Shown: piece after piece, positions 53,446 through 64,000 of the stretch
Numbering within the stretch: position 1 is the first letter of the stretch
Layout of the letters: each line of letters starts with the position of its first letter
Assembly: GCF_021869535.1 (NCBI RefSeq)
Contig: NW_026262668.1
Coordinates: 72,974,001-73,038,000 of the forward strand
DNA: 64,000 nucleotides
Direction: 5' to 3'
DNA from: Mytilus californianus
Taxonomy: Eukaryota
Made by a program: the position numbers and the translations under genes
The notes under the pieces: generated by a model
Database searches by the model: none
Told to the model about the DNA's origin: nothing
The model's input: only the letters and a program-made list of their open reading frames with translations

Positions 53446-53896
53446 TGTTCTCGACTTCATATGTATGTAGCTACTGAATGTCAAACACCAATCCATCATC
53501 ATTATCATGAAAGAATTAAGGGGGAAAAATGATAAGACAAACAAACAAATGCAAAATAAAACATAACATAGAAATCTGAATATTGATCAGTTCAAATAAC
53601 GCTTTATTATAATCTTGATGGTTAGGGAGTTCCTTAACCACATGTGGCACTAGTCTGGTCGGTGATTACTTTTTAAAATTCGATGAAAGTTAGAACTAGT
53701 GATACGCCATGAAGACGACTAGAGGATATGATTATGCCTCCGATGAATGGAACGTATCCGTAGTCTTTAACCAAGTCTTGATGGCGTCTTCTGTAAAAGT
53801 TCATTCCTTGTTCGGGTGTTGCTTTACTTTTTGTCCTTTTTTGGTTTTATCAGCTCTTCAACGTTTATTTTGTAATTTCAAATATTTTAGTCTCGA

Positions 53897-53940
53897 GCAT
53901 CACTTAAGAGACATTATTTGTCGAACTGTACATCTGGTGC
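53897..53940 (+). pseudogene. Inactivated hammerhead motif, paralogue of 46880-46923
   Basis: GCATCA-CTTAAGA-GAC-ATTATTT-GTC-GAAC-TGTACATC-TGGTGC; core G and the last A of GAAA are mutated; flanks homologous to ~46850-46950. Confidence 0.7.
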
Positions 53941-54230
53941 AATAAAATTTGTACCGATTTAATGTTATTCAACCCAACCAGAGGAACCGTTACTTCGGTA
54001 GTTTTCTTGTGATTAACAAGCTCATGTCAAGTTATAAGAGTTGATACTAAAAAATTCCAAAGATCTTTTAGAGTACATACAATCTAAGACTCTTTCATCT
54101 TGCAATAGTATTAAAACATTTGACTTTTCTACACTTTACACAAGTATCCCCATTCCAAACTAAAAGACAAGTTGTTGAAAGAGTTGGTCCTGCTTTATTT
54201 CATAAAAAAGAATGGCCAACGTAGATACAA

Positions 54231-54789
54231 GTGAACTTTCCATTTTTATGTAGCAACATCCAGCAGCGCCTGCATACGGAGTATATATCTCCCAGTTGAT
54301 ACGATACTCCAGGGCTTGTATTTCCTATCATGAATTCCTTGATAGAGGGTTGCTGCTCACAAGGAAGCTATTAAACCAAGAGTTCCAAGTGGTGAAGTTG
54401 AAATCAATCCTTCGTAAATTTTACGGACGCCATCAAGAGTTGGTTGACCGTTACGGAATATCCGTTTCACAGATGATAGTGGATATGTTCCTAATGTCGT
54501 TCCTTTTCCCGAAAATGACCTACTGAATTAGACTTATTACCAGGTTTGTAAAACATAAGCAACACGACGGGTGCTACATGTGGAGCAGGATCTGCTTACC
54601 CATCCGGAGCACCTGAGATCACCCCCACTTTTTGCTGGGGTTCGTGTTGCTCAGTCTTTAGTTTTCTATGTTGTGTTTTGTGTACTATAGTTTGTCTGCT
54701 GGTCTTTTTTCTTTTTTAGCCAAGGCGGTGTCAGTTTATTTTAAACTTACGAGTTTGAATGTCCCTTTGGTATCTTTCGCCTCTCTTTT
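54231..54789 (+). mobile_element. Penelope-like element 3' fragment (RT C-terminal extension plus 3' repeat)
   Basis: VNFPFLCSNI[frameshift]PAAPAYGVYISQLIRYSRACISYHEFLDRGLLLTRKLLNQ..., homologous to the ORF at 261-890. Confidence 0.85.
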
Positions 54790-54934
54790 ATAAATGAATC
54801 AACAGGAAACAGTGTCTTTTGTGTTCAGATCCTCCTCATGATTATAAATATGAATTATATCTAGTTTTGTAACTTAGAAGTCTCATTATAAAACTGGTTT
54901 CTTCCGACCCTCCTCATGATTATAAATAAGCACA

Positions 54935-55555
54935 ATGACACTGGTTATGTTCTTCTCATATATGTTATGATGGTATGATACTAAACCCCTAACGGGAAGG
55001 ATTGTGCCTGATATTCATATGATGAAGACATAATCTTTCAATCAGTTTAATTGAAGTCTGGAGCTGGCATGTCAGTTAACTGCTAGTAGTCTGTTGTTAT
55101 TTATGTATTATTGTCATTTTGTTTATTTTCTTTGGTTACATCTTCTGACATCAGACTCGGACTTCTCTTGAACTGAATTTTAATGTGCGTATTGTTATGC
55201 GTTTACTTTTCTACATTGGCTAGAGGCATAGAGGGAGGGTTGAGATCTCATAAACATGTTTAACCCCGCCGCATTTTTGCGCCTGTCCCAAGTCAGGAGC
55301 CTCTAGCCTTTGTTAGTCTTGTATTATTTTTCATTTTAGTTTCTTGTGTACAATTTGGAGTTTAGTATGGCGTTCATTATCACTGAACTAGTATATATAT
55401 TTGTTTAGGGGCCAGCTGAAGGACGCCTCCGGGTGCGGGAATTTCTCGCTGCATTGAAGACCTGTTGGTGGCCTTCTGCTGTTGTCTGTTCTGTGGTCGG
55501 GTTGTTGTCTCTTTGACACATTCCCCATTTCCATACTCAATTTTACAATATTTAG
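54935..55555 (+). mobile_element. 3' region of the Penelope-like family found at 1-995
   Basis: 54940-55085 is the reverse complement of window bases 1-140; its distal part also matches 43575-43710. Confidence 0.75.
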
Positions 55556-55659
55556 TTTTGTAGCTCGGAAGTCTCATTATGACACTTGTTACAAAAACGG
55601 AGGCTTCATTGTGAATGATATGGAATATAATGCATGTATTTTGATATAGAACAAGTATC

Positions 55660-56140
55660 TTGCAAAGTTCTTTATGATTTCAGTTACAGATATATGGATG
55701 CTGTCCTGTTGCTCAATAAAACACATTCCAGTGAGTGGTTATATCTCATTTACCCACGTGAATTTCAGATTAACGTTACTACCGAAACTACAAGATTAGC
55801 TTCATATTTTTATCCTTCCCTAGATATTAACACTGATTGGCGACTTCTAACTAGAATTTATGACAAACGTGGTGTTTCCAACTTTCCAAATGTCAACTTC
55901 CCATTTCTCTACAGTTCAATATTTTCTGTCCTAAAGCATGGTGTTTTACATTACCTATAACTAATACGTTACGCTCGTACATATTTACACTTCACGGACT
56001 AGTGTGCTCCTTACACAAAAATCTCTTCAACAGGATTTTGTAGACCTTTGTTTGTCTTTTATACATTTTTATGTTTTTTACATGGCATTGGCAGTTTGTC
56101 TTTGACTATAATGGGTTTGCATATCCCTTTTGTATCTTCT
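55660..56140 (+). pseudogene. Highly decayed Penelope-like RT fragment
   Basis: YRYMDAVL...IYPREFQI...RIYDKRG..NFPNVNFPFL, followed by a remnant of the 3' repeat. Confidence 0.75.
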
Positions 56141-57304
56141 GCCTCTTTTTATGAGGAAGACCGAGTCAAATCGACACTGTGTCCGTGTCTCAACTCACTA
56201 GCACATGTTTTCGCGGTCTTTGATATTTAGATATCAGAATAGTCGTCTAATATGTAAATTTATTGGTCGTTCTCATCTCCTGATTGATTCGCATGTTGGA
56301 TGATGCAGGTCGTCGCACCGATCTCGCTTATTTTGGAGTAAATGCTCTTCCCTCAGTTTTTTTTTAAAACTTGATTTGTATCTGTTTGTGAATTAATAAA
56401 ACTTGAACATCTATTAGCTACTGTTGTCTCATATTTATTCACTATATACATGCAAAAAGAGGGTCATGTAGCTCAGTGATGGTTTTTGGTTTATGTCTGT
56501 CATAATTGTTATAAATTAAGCCGTTGATTTTCTCGTTTGAATTGTATCACATTTTTCATGTCAGGGACTTTTGTAGCCGACTATGCGGTATGAGTTTTCA
56601 CATTGTTGAATGCCTTACGGTTGCCTATGATTGCTTACATCCGCCTCATTTGCATTATGGTGGATAGTTGTTTCACGGGCAATCATAGCACAACCCCCTA
56701 TTTTTATATTAAATACATATTTTCTGACTTTTATATTATCACCCTTATCCTTTTCATATGAGTATGACAGTTTTTTTTTTCATTCGTTTGATGTGTTTTA
56801 GCTTTTGATGAAGGACTTTCCGTTTTGAATTTTCCTTGGAGTTCGGTTTTTTTGTTATTTTACTTTTTTCAAGGTCAATTTGTGTTGGATATTGCTAAAA
56901 AAAAATCTGTGTCAAATAAAATGCATACATAAGCTGCAATTGTCCTTTCCATACACAAATTAACAGAGTGTTCTTATAGCCTGAGCCAAATCTAAATTCT
57001 GGAAATATACCAATTCTAAACAACTTATTTATCGAGCATATGTTCTTCTCAATGTCAAGGGTCCTTCAATATATAATATATTATGATTGTGTATTAAAGA
57101 TTAAAACTTATTTCTGCATGTTTCGCTTTAAAACGGAAGGAAAATATATTTACAAAAATGAGTATTCGTTGAAAGATTAATAACCAAGGTTTTGAATCCA
57201 AGGTAAAGATGGCCATAGCCAAATTTGGAACGTCATTTCGAAATTTTGGTCTGCAATGCTTTTCAACTTGGTAATTTATTTAGGTTTTCAATCAGTTAGA
57301 TTGG

Positions 57305-57350
57305 AGCGCCTATGATGAGTTTTATGTGGACGAAATGTGCATCCATTGTA
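57305..57350 (+). pseudogene. Degenerate hammerhead motif in a retrozyme/pLTR-like remnant
   Basis: ATGATGA-GTT-TTATGTG-GAC-GAAA-TGTGCATC; first core C mutated and stem I lost. Confidence 0.55.
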
Positions 57351-60300
57351 CTTTATTAGCCGAGTATATCTATATATAAGTTTTTAAAAGTGCACAACTG
57401 ATCGGTCCACAATTATAAGATGATTATAATTTAAATTAACAATGTTTAAAAGAAAGAGATCATATCACTTGTGCAATAAGCATTAACTGAAGATGTTAAC
57501 AACAGGCCATGTAAATCATTTGGGGAATACTAAGGGAACAACCGTTTACTTTGAACGGGGTAATTGTGTCACATTTTGTTCATACGATTACAAGTGTCGC
57601 ATTTATTTTTTGTTTGTTTTGTTAACCTTTAAAATAAATTAATGGAATAAAAAGTTATTAATTTCCTTCTCCCGGATTTTTTTGTCCAAAATGAGAATCA
57701 TCATTTGTTTTGAATTTTGTCGTTACATTTAGAGTATCATACTTCAAGGATTTCATTTAAAAAGCCGTTAGTGATATACATATTTAGAAAATGCCTGCTT
57801 CAACAATTTCATTGATAGTAAACTGTGTAACCGTGATAAACATAAATAAAGCCACGTATCGGACGTAAGTGTATTTCAAACTATAGTTGTTCCATAAATT
57901 CGTGTTTTATTTGCGATATGCATAAACTGTTAAAGATAAATTTAATTTAGAAAATAATTCTGTTTACTGTATCAATGATAGACTCTCGGCGTTCTTTTAG
58001 GAATGTAATACATGCCCCCTATACGTTCATTCGTACCTTTTGTCAAAATGTAAGAAAGATCTATAAGAAAGACATCGGATAATGAAGAATTGTACCTTAT
58101 TCTTTGTAATTAAAATGTGCGAATAACCCATAAAATATTTATTTTGTTTCAATCAGATGACAAACGATTGCCATAGGAATGTTTTATTCCTGACTAGTCA
58201 GTTTTATCCCAATTGAATCGAAATAGAATTTTGCAATGTGTCAAAAATCTTAATGGTATTTGATCTATTATTAGTTTTTGAGTTATGTATTCGTCACACA
58301 TCAAAAAATACAAAGTTACGATACTTTAAATATGAACTAAATTTTGAAAGGAAAATCTTCTTTACGGGCTATTTCAGATATTTACATATACTGTTAAGTT
58401 ATAAATAGAAATAAATGGGTAAACGGAAAAAGATAGGAGAGCGTTCCCGAGGAAACAACAACAACAGTCACTGCTGTAAGTTATTCTTGCATATCTCATA
58501 TGACTTCTTGCTTGTGTATAGCTACTATTTAAAACTCTTCGACCCATCCGCTCCTACAACTAAAAACTTGCATAAAAAAGAGAAATAAGAATAATTTCCT
58601 GCCAGCAACTTTTTTTATCATGTGTACTATATTTGTATTTTTATGTCCTAGTGATTCAAAATGATTAAAACTGAAACCTTATAGAATGGTGTCAAAATAG
58701 AATGGTATTCGCCTTTTCAGAAACTAAAGGACTATGGGAAATTGCATTGCTCGTTTCCCTTAAACAAAAATAATATCACGTCATAGATTTCATTTCCATT
58801 GTTTATGACGGTTTTTACCAATCACAGCGTTTTAGTGTGACGTTGCTCACGATATTGGTGTCTGTTTGAAAATATGCAATGGAAAGCGTGTCCCAATAGA
58901 CAACTTTCGAGTTCGTTGCATTTCCGTCAAATCTTTGGGTTAAGTGAACATCATTCGTGCGTTTAAGGGCATCGTCACTTCCTTTCCCATTTTGAGCGAG
59001 CGGTTTGAAAAATTTGATGCTATGTTGCACGAATCATTCGACATATCAAATTCTTATAATTGACAATCAGCACTGCTGTCATTAGGGAAATGTTATTAAG
59101 TACCTACGGAACAAACATTATTTCTAGTTTATCCTGCACAATGACGACCACTAAGACGATTGATGAACGTTAATAGTGCAGGGATGCAGGCGATCCCCTC
59201 TATCTGGTAAATGACGTCATAAATACGCGCATAATTGACGACTTTTTCCGGTGCAGGACATAACTCAGAAATGGTCTATTGAAGCTCGTTTTCTGCTAAT
59301 AAATATCATATATCATTCGAAAGAATATAAAAGTTGATTTTGTGCTTTGTTTATTGTTCTATGTTGGTAACAACGTCGAATATTTGATATCAGAGATCGC
59401 AAAGTTGTAGAAGCATGCATGTGAAAGATTGCTTTAGACAAAAGTGAATCTGTGTCATGTTATTTTCCCAAATAGAGCTTTCTTGCAATTTGACGAAAGT
59501 TACGTACGCTTGACAAATCATGAGTATGTCCCGTTTGAGGGATCTTTAATTTTTGACCTTTGAATTATTTTAAAAATATGACATGTTTATGTAATCCTAA
59601 TCCAGACTTTCATGGGACATAGGGTAAAGTATAATACCACCAGGGGAAGGAGATACCTCAACAAGATTTGCTAAACATACATGTAGGCTCGTCAGAAGAA
59701 GCAAAAATACTAATATTGTTTGCTCATCACACCAAAAAACATTCTAAAGGCAAACATATTGCCCCCCTCCCCCCAAAAAACAAGAATTAAATTTGAAAAC
59801 AAATGACCCCCTAATACATTTGAAAAATGAAAAAATAAGTTTTCTCAGACAGAATGAAAATGAACAGGTATCATTTTCATTGTTATTAATGAGCATGCAT
59901 AGTTTTCAATCATCCGAAAATGCAAATTTCATTATAATTTTATAAATCATCAGTACTTTTTGAAGTAAAAGATTTCTGCTTTAAGATGTAAGAATAATTT
60001 TGAAAATATACTTAGCCTTATAAAATTTTGAAAGTAGCAAAATATTACCCAACCCCTGAACTTCGTGAAAACTTAATTATAAAAAAAAATTATAATACAT
60101 GTATTCTTTCAAGTAAAACACACTAATCAGCATGCTCCCTTCGTTCATTTGCCACTGAACGTTAAGCAACAAAAAACAATCAATCTCATCATTGATATCA
60201 ATTATAAGCATCAGCTATGAATTGGAACTAAATACTCACCTTTACTGATTATATAAATAATAATGTCAAACATCTAAATTATCATATACAAGTAACCGAC

Positions 60301-61169
60301 ACATCACTGGATAGCAATTTAAGTTATACAAGAATCCCCCAAAATAGAGAAATAATCACATAACACACTTAACTACCACATAACAATTCCACCCATGTGA
60401 AGTCTATTATCAAGGTGTAAACAGGAAGTCGAAGTCCCTATTTATGTTAGAACTGATAATAGTTTCCTGATGTGGATACATTTCATTTCTATTTCTATAT
60501 CTGAATTCGTTACCAAAAGATATATTCGGAATCTCTGCGGGAAGTCTATCTATCTAGGCCCTTTGGCAATAACCTTTAAAAAGATTCTTACTAGTAAGAA
60601 TAATCGAAATCCGTGTAGTGAAACATTTAGTGTGTGCAAATATAAAACGAAATGTAAAAGGTTTATTGTATAAATTAGAATGTACCATAGTTTGTTTGAT
60701 TTTCCATTGAAAAAGTGTGAGGGTATCTACACATACACCACAGTTCCATGTCAGCCCTCTGATTGGTTTACCCGATGCTTGAAAATGGTCCTGTGGTGTA
60801 TATTAGATACCTCACACTTTTAGCCAGAAACTACAATGTAACACATTTTCTTTCCTGGAATATTTTTCAACCCTAAAACTAAAGTGTTGGGTAGTTGTTT
60901 CATTGGTGAATACCCCGTTTCCTTTCTTTTTCATATAATAAGTATAACAATGAATTTTAATAACTGTATTATTTAAAAAAAAATGTGAGACTGAACGCCA
61001 CATATATAAATCCTCTGATCCTACCAAAATAGATGCACATAATTCCATAATGCAAACAAATTCACTACAAAAAATGCACATAATTCCATTATAAAAACAT
61101 TCCTTTGAATGAAAGACACCAAAACCATTCAACATAATCCACAAATACTGAATTAATCACACATATACA

Positions 61170-61976
61170 TTGTAATTAACCTCCATTATTAGAATTGGAC
61201 ATGCATCCAGTCAACAAACTTCCAAAGCCTCCTCCAGCACTATTTGATGGTTCACGATTTTCCGTTTTCATGATATTAGATACTTTGTTAACGCCTACTG
61301 ACTGTTCACCAAACATTACATGTACGTCCTTAATCTAGAGGTCTCCTGTAAAAGGCTGTCCCATTCAGATCACGTACAATATTCAAATACTGTTCCGTGA
61401 TAATTCTTGGAAAGTACAGGGTTTTGAAGGTAGTGTTTTAAGACTTGGGCACTTAGGTTCCACTGATCTGAGTCCACCTGAAAAAAAATGAAGTATTGAC
61501 ATTCAGTGACATAAAAATCATACATTGAACAAAACTGATTATTGAAATATAAAACAATTTCATTTGGCCTGGATGGGGTAAAATGTAATAAGCATACACA
61601 CGGCACAATATACCCGTGTTTACCTTATTGTTTTCCATAAAAGAAGCACCTGTTGTAGCGCGGACCTCGACGAAGACACCTGGATTTTCTGAAAATCGTC
61701 AGTCAAGTGTTGATGACCCAAATACACAAAAGAACCAATTGAAATACACAATAAAAGCACAAATACTACAAAATTGTAAGAAAAATGAAACTTACCATAG
61801 TACGTTTTGTTGGCTCTGCCCTTGAATAAAATATAGCTTCCCGTCTGATCATTTCCAAGTTCGAACTGGTCCACGGACAGATTCCGATGCTCGTTCACAC
61901 CTCTGAGCCCGAACAGTTTACTGTTGTAGAAAAAGTTTAAAAAGTCAATGTCAGTGACCACCATTTTTGCAGCCAT
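61170..61976 (-). pseudogene. Decayed Crypton-like (DUF3504-type) tyrosine recombinase with a spliceosomal intron
   Basis: Exon 61796-61976 reads FFYNSKLFGLRGVNEHRNLSVDQFELGNDQTGSYILFKGRANKTYY(G); intron 61478-61795 (GTAAGT...ttttttcag); then GGLRSVEPK, VLKHY, AFYRRPL, FGEQSVGVNKVSNIMK and IVNH in shifted frames. Confidence 0.75.
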
Positions 61977-62077
61977 TTCAGACGACTGAAACCCGCAGAT
62001 TGATAATGCAGCGGGAAAAGCACTTTTTATCACGTGATATCAGTTGTGAACTTTGACACATGTCATTTACCAAACAA

Positions 62078-62195
62078 AAAAGTGATTGGCTATGTGTAGA
62101 TACACCATAGGATGGACTAAATTTCACTCGAAAGCAAAGCTTTCTCGTGGAATTTAGTCCCTCCTATGGTGTATCTACACATACCCAACACTTTT
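62078..62195. other. 118-bp hairpin (~57-bp arms, 3-nt loop) just upstream of the recombinase ORF
   Basis: Left arm AAAAGTGATTGGCTATGTGTAGATACACCATAGGATGGACTAAATTTCACTCGAAAGC; loop AAA; right arm GCTTTCTCGTGGAATTTAGTCCCTCCTATGGTGTATCTACACATACCCAACACTTTT. Confidence 0.92.
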
Positions 62196-63044
62196 TAATT
62201 TGGTAACTATAACAAGTCAACTACTAAGTGTCCAGAAGCAGATGTAGCATTTAGTTGTAGTTAAAATGTGTTTATCTACTATCTATTCGTGTTGTTCTAC
62301 GATCTATTCGTGTTTGTGCCATGGTGCTGTCTGTCCTTCGACTTATGACTCTTAGTTACCTCTTTTGTAACTTCTTACTTTTACTTCCATGGGAATTATA
62401 CAGAGCTACCACCGGGTTGTAACAGGTTACTTGATATCATTGAAAACAGAGAAAGTACTTCAGGGTATATAGGTCTATGCTTTCAGTTCGGAAAGAATCT
62501 ACCCATAAGTGAGCAGAAAAGCTTCAACTTTACAGTCTGTTCAGCTGTCATTAAAAATAGACGACTGGCAAACATTGACACTGTGACTTCAACGTTGTAT
62601 TGTGCAGTTTTATAAGAATAATGATAATCATATATATGTTTTTATTTTAGAATGTAAACTCAGCCTACACATAGAATTTTCACTATAAAAGGTTATCACT
62701 GGTCAATATGGAAATGAAAGGTGAAGAATAACATTTTATTGACATATTTTCTTATCCTTATTTCTGTATATTGAAATATAAAAAAAATTCTAAAAAAAAT
62801 CTTACACAAAAATATACAATTTTTTATAAAAAAACATCTTATACAAAAAATATTGAAACAACTTAGCATAATGCTTTCTCTAACTCTCATCTGACAGGGA
62901 ATAGCAAATTGTAAAACGATCATAAAGTTATTATTGGCTATAAGCACTGGCACATGAATAGAAGAGCAGAATTTCAATGTACCCCCGTGTGCATATATTT
63001 TATCTATCCAAGGGATATATTTTTGTCCTTTAAAACTTATATAT

Positions 63045-63298
63045 ATAAATATCTTGTAGGCCTTGCGCTTACAATGCGATTTCCCAATTAATTAATAATC
63101 CCAAGGGGCATTATTCTTGAAAATCAATTTTGATCTGCACTGATTTTCGATGTTGTCCGAGACATCGCTGATATAAACCTCTGATATAAGTTTGATAAAA
63201 ACCTGTCAAGAATTGTACACGTGAGAGCGCTTACAAGACCAGACGAACGCCCTGTATTTCTATGTCCCCCGCAACGCGCCGCGCAGGGGCCAATAAAA
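63045..63298 (+). mobile_element. Short HINE-like element
   Basis: Ends in a GC-rich stem-loop-like TCCCCGCAACGCGCCGCGCAGGGG followed by an A-run. Confidence 0.45.
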
Positions 63299-63392
63299 GA
63301 AGATAATAGAAAGCGGTTAAAAATCCCGAAAATTTGTTAATTCTTATAATTTGAAATTCTTCAATGTAGTATTGGTTCTATATGTTTTGTAG

Positions 63393-64000
63393 GACCAAGT
63401 TATACCAACATATCAGGACAGAGATGGCGGATAATAGCTTTTTTACTCGGACTGTTGTCTATTGGGTTAGCAATAGCACTCACCGTTGTCGTTATAAAGA
63501 ACAACAAATATGACAAGCTAGAAATTGAACCATGTCCAACCACTAGTGAAAAATACGGAAAAAAAAACCTTGAACTATCAGATACACGTTCTGTATTTGT
63601 TCATCTGACAAAAGATGAAATTGAAGGACTCCGAGCGTTTTTATACGACCAACAAGAATTAAATCTCGTAGACCTGAAAGACATTGACGTAGACAAAAAT
63701 TTTATTTTTTTAAGTGATTTATATTTACCCGAGAAAAAAGATGTCTTAAGATACCTTGATAAGAATGGACCAAAACCACCAAGAGAAGCTCATGTTATCA
63801 TATTCAAAGGAAATGAACAACCACCATATATTCAGGAAATCATAGTTGGCCCACTACCAACGCCAACATACTACCGATCCGTGCCATTTAGGCCTGAGAA
63901 AATCCCATACATAAACCGCCCACCATTTAGCGGAAATGAATATCAAAAAATGTTAAAATTTTTAAAAGAAAACATTGATCCTTACCTTGGTTTTATGTTC
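63393..64000 (+). CDS. Copper-containing amine oxidase (AOC1/AOC3 family), N-terminal exon with membrane anchor; partial, continues past the window
   Basis: After acceptor ttttgtag (phase 1), 202 open codons: RWRIIAFLLGLLSIGLAIALTVVVI (TM), SVFVHLTKDEIEGLRAFL, YLDKNGPKPPREAHVIIFKG, EIIVGPLPTPTYY, IPYINRP, matching the N-terminal domains of animal copper amine oxidases. The start-codon exon was not identified. Confidence 0.9.

Noticed and set aside
58415-58475. Short ATG-initiated exon candidate (MGKRKKIGERSRGNNNNSHC, donor GTAAGT) as first exon of the amine oxidase
   Set aside because: Direct splicing to 63393 gives T|GA = stop; it would need an intervening exon that I could not find.
58815-59030. 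71-aa minus-strand ORF in a GC-richer island
   Set aside because: No motif or splice support; the surroundings look like a non-coding transposon end.
61624-61688. Apparent extra minus-strand exon (ENPGVFVEVRATTGASFMENNK) in the recombinase remnant
   Set aside because: Skipping it restores the family-typical KTYYGGL...VEPK junction, so it is treated as intronic.

Overview
AT-rich animal genomic DNA with spliceosomal introns; the repeat families resemble those of bivalves, most likely a mytilid mussel (inference). Genes I could build by hand: (1) a complete 6-exon ZMYND19 (MIZIP) orthologue on the minus strand (11457-26595, 229 aa) with an ~11-kb repeat-filled first intron; (2) an intronless 513-aa multi-pass membrane protein with XK-family-like motifs and a 23-Cys loop (31826-33367); (3) an intronless 484-aa CARD + helical-repeat + coiled-coil protein (40886-42340), whose upstream DNA and first 67 codons are triplicated as a near-identical 1833-bp unit, giving two extra truncated CARD-only ORFs; (4) an orphan basic Ser/Thr/Pro-rich gene with 3 coding exons (44928-50901, 220 aa); (5) the N-terminal exon of a membrane-anchored copper amine oxidase running off the right edge (63393-64000). 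Mobile DNA includes Penelope-like RT fragments, hammerhead ribozyme motifs (one intact), nested Helentron/HINE-like elements carrying ~161-bp satellite arrays, tRNA-derived SINEs, TIR MITEs with TSDs, a LINE remnant, and a decayed intron-containing Crypton-like tyrosine recombinase next to a 118-bp hairpin. All family assignments come from motif recognition only; no database searches were run.
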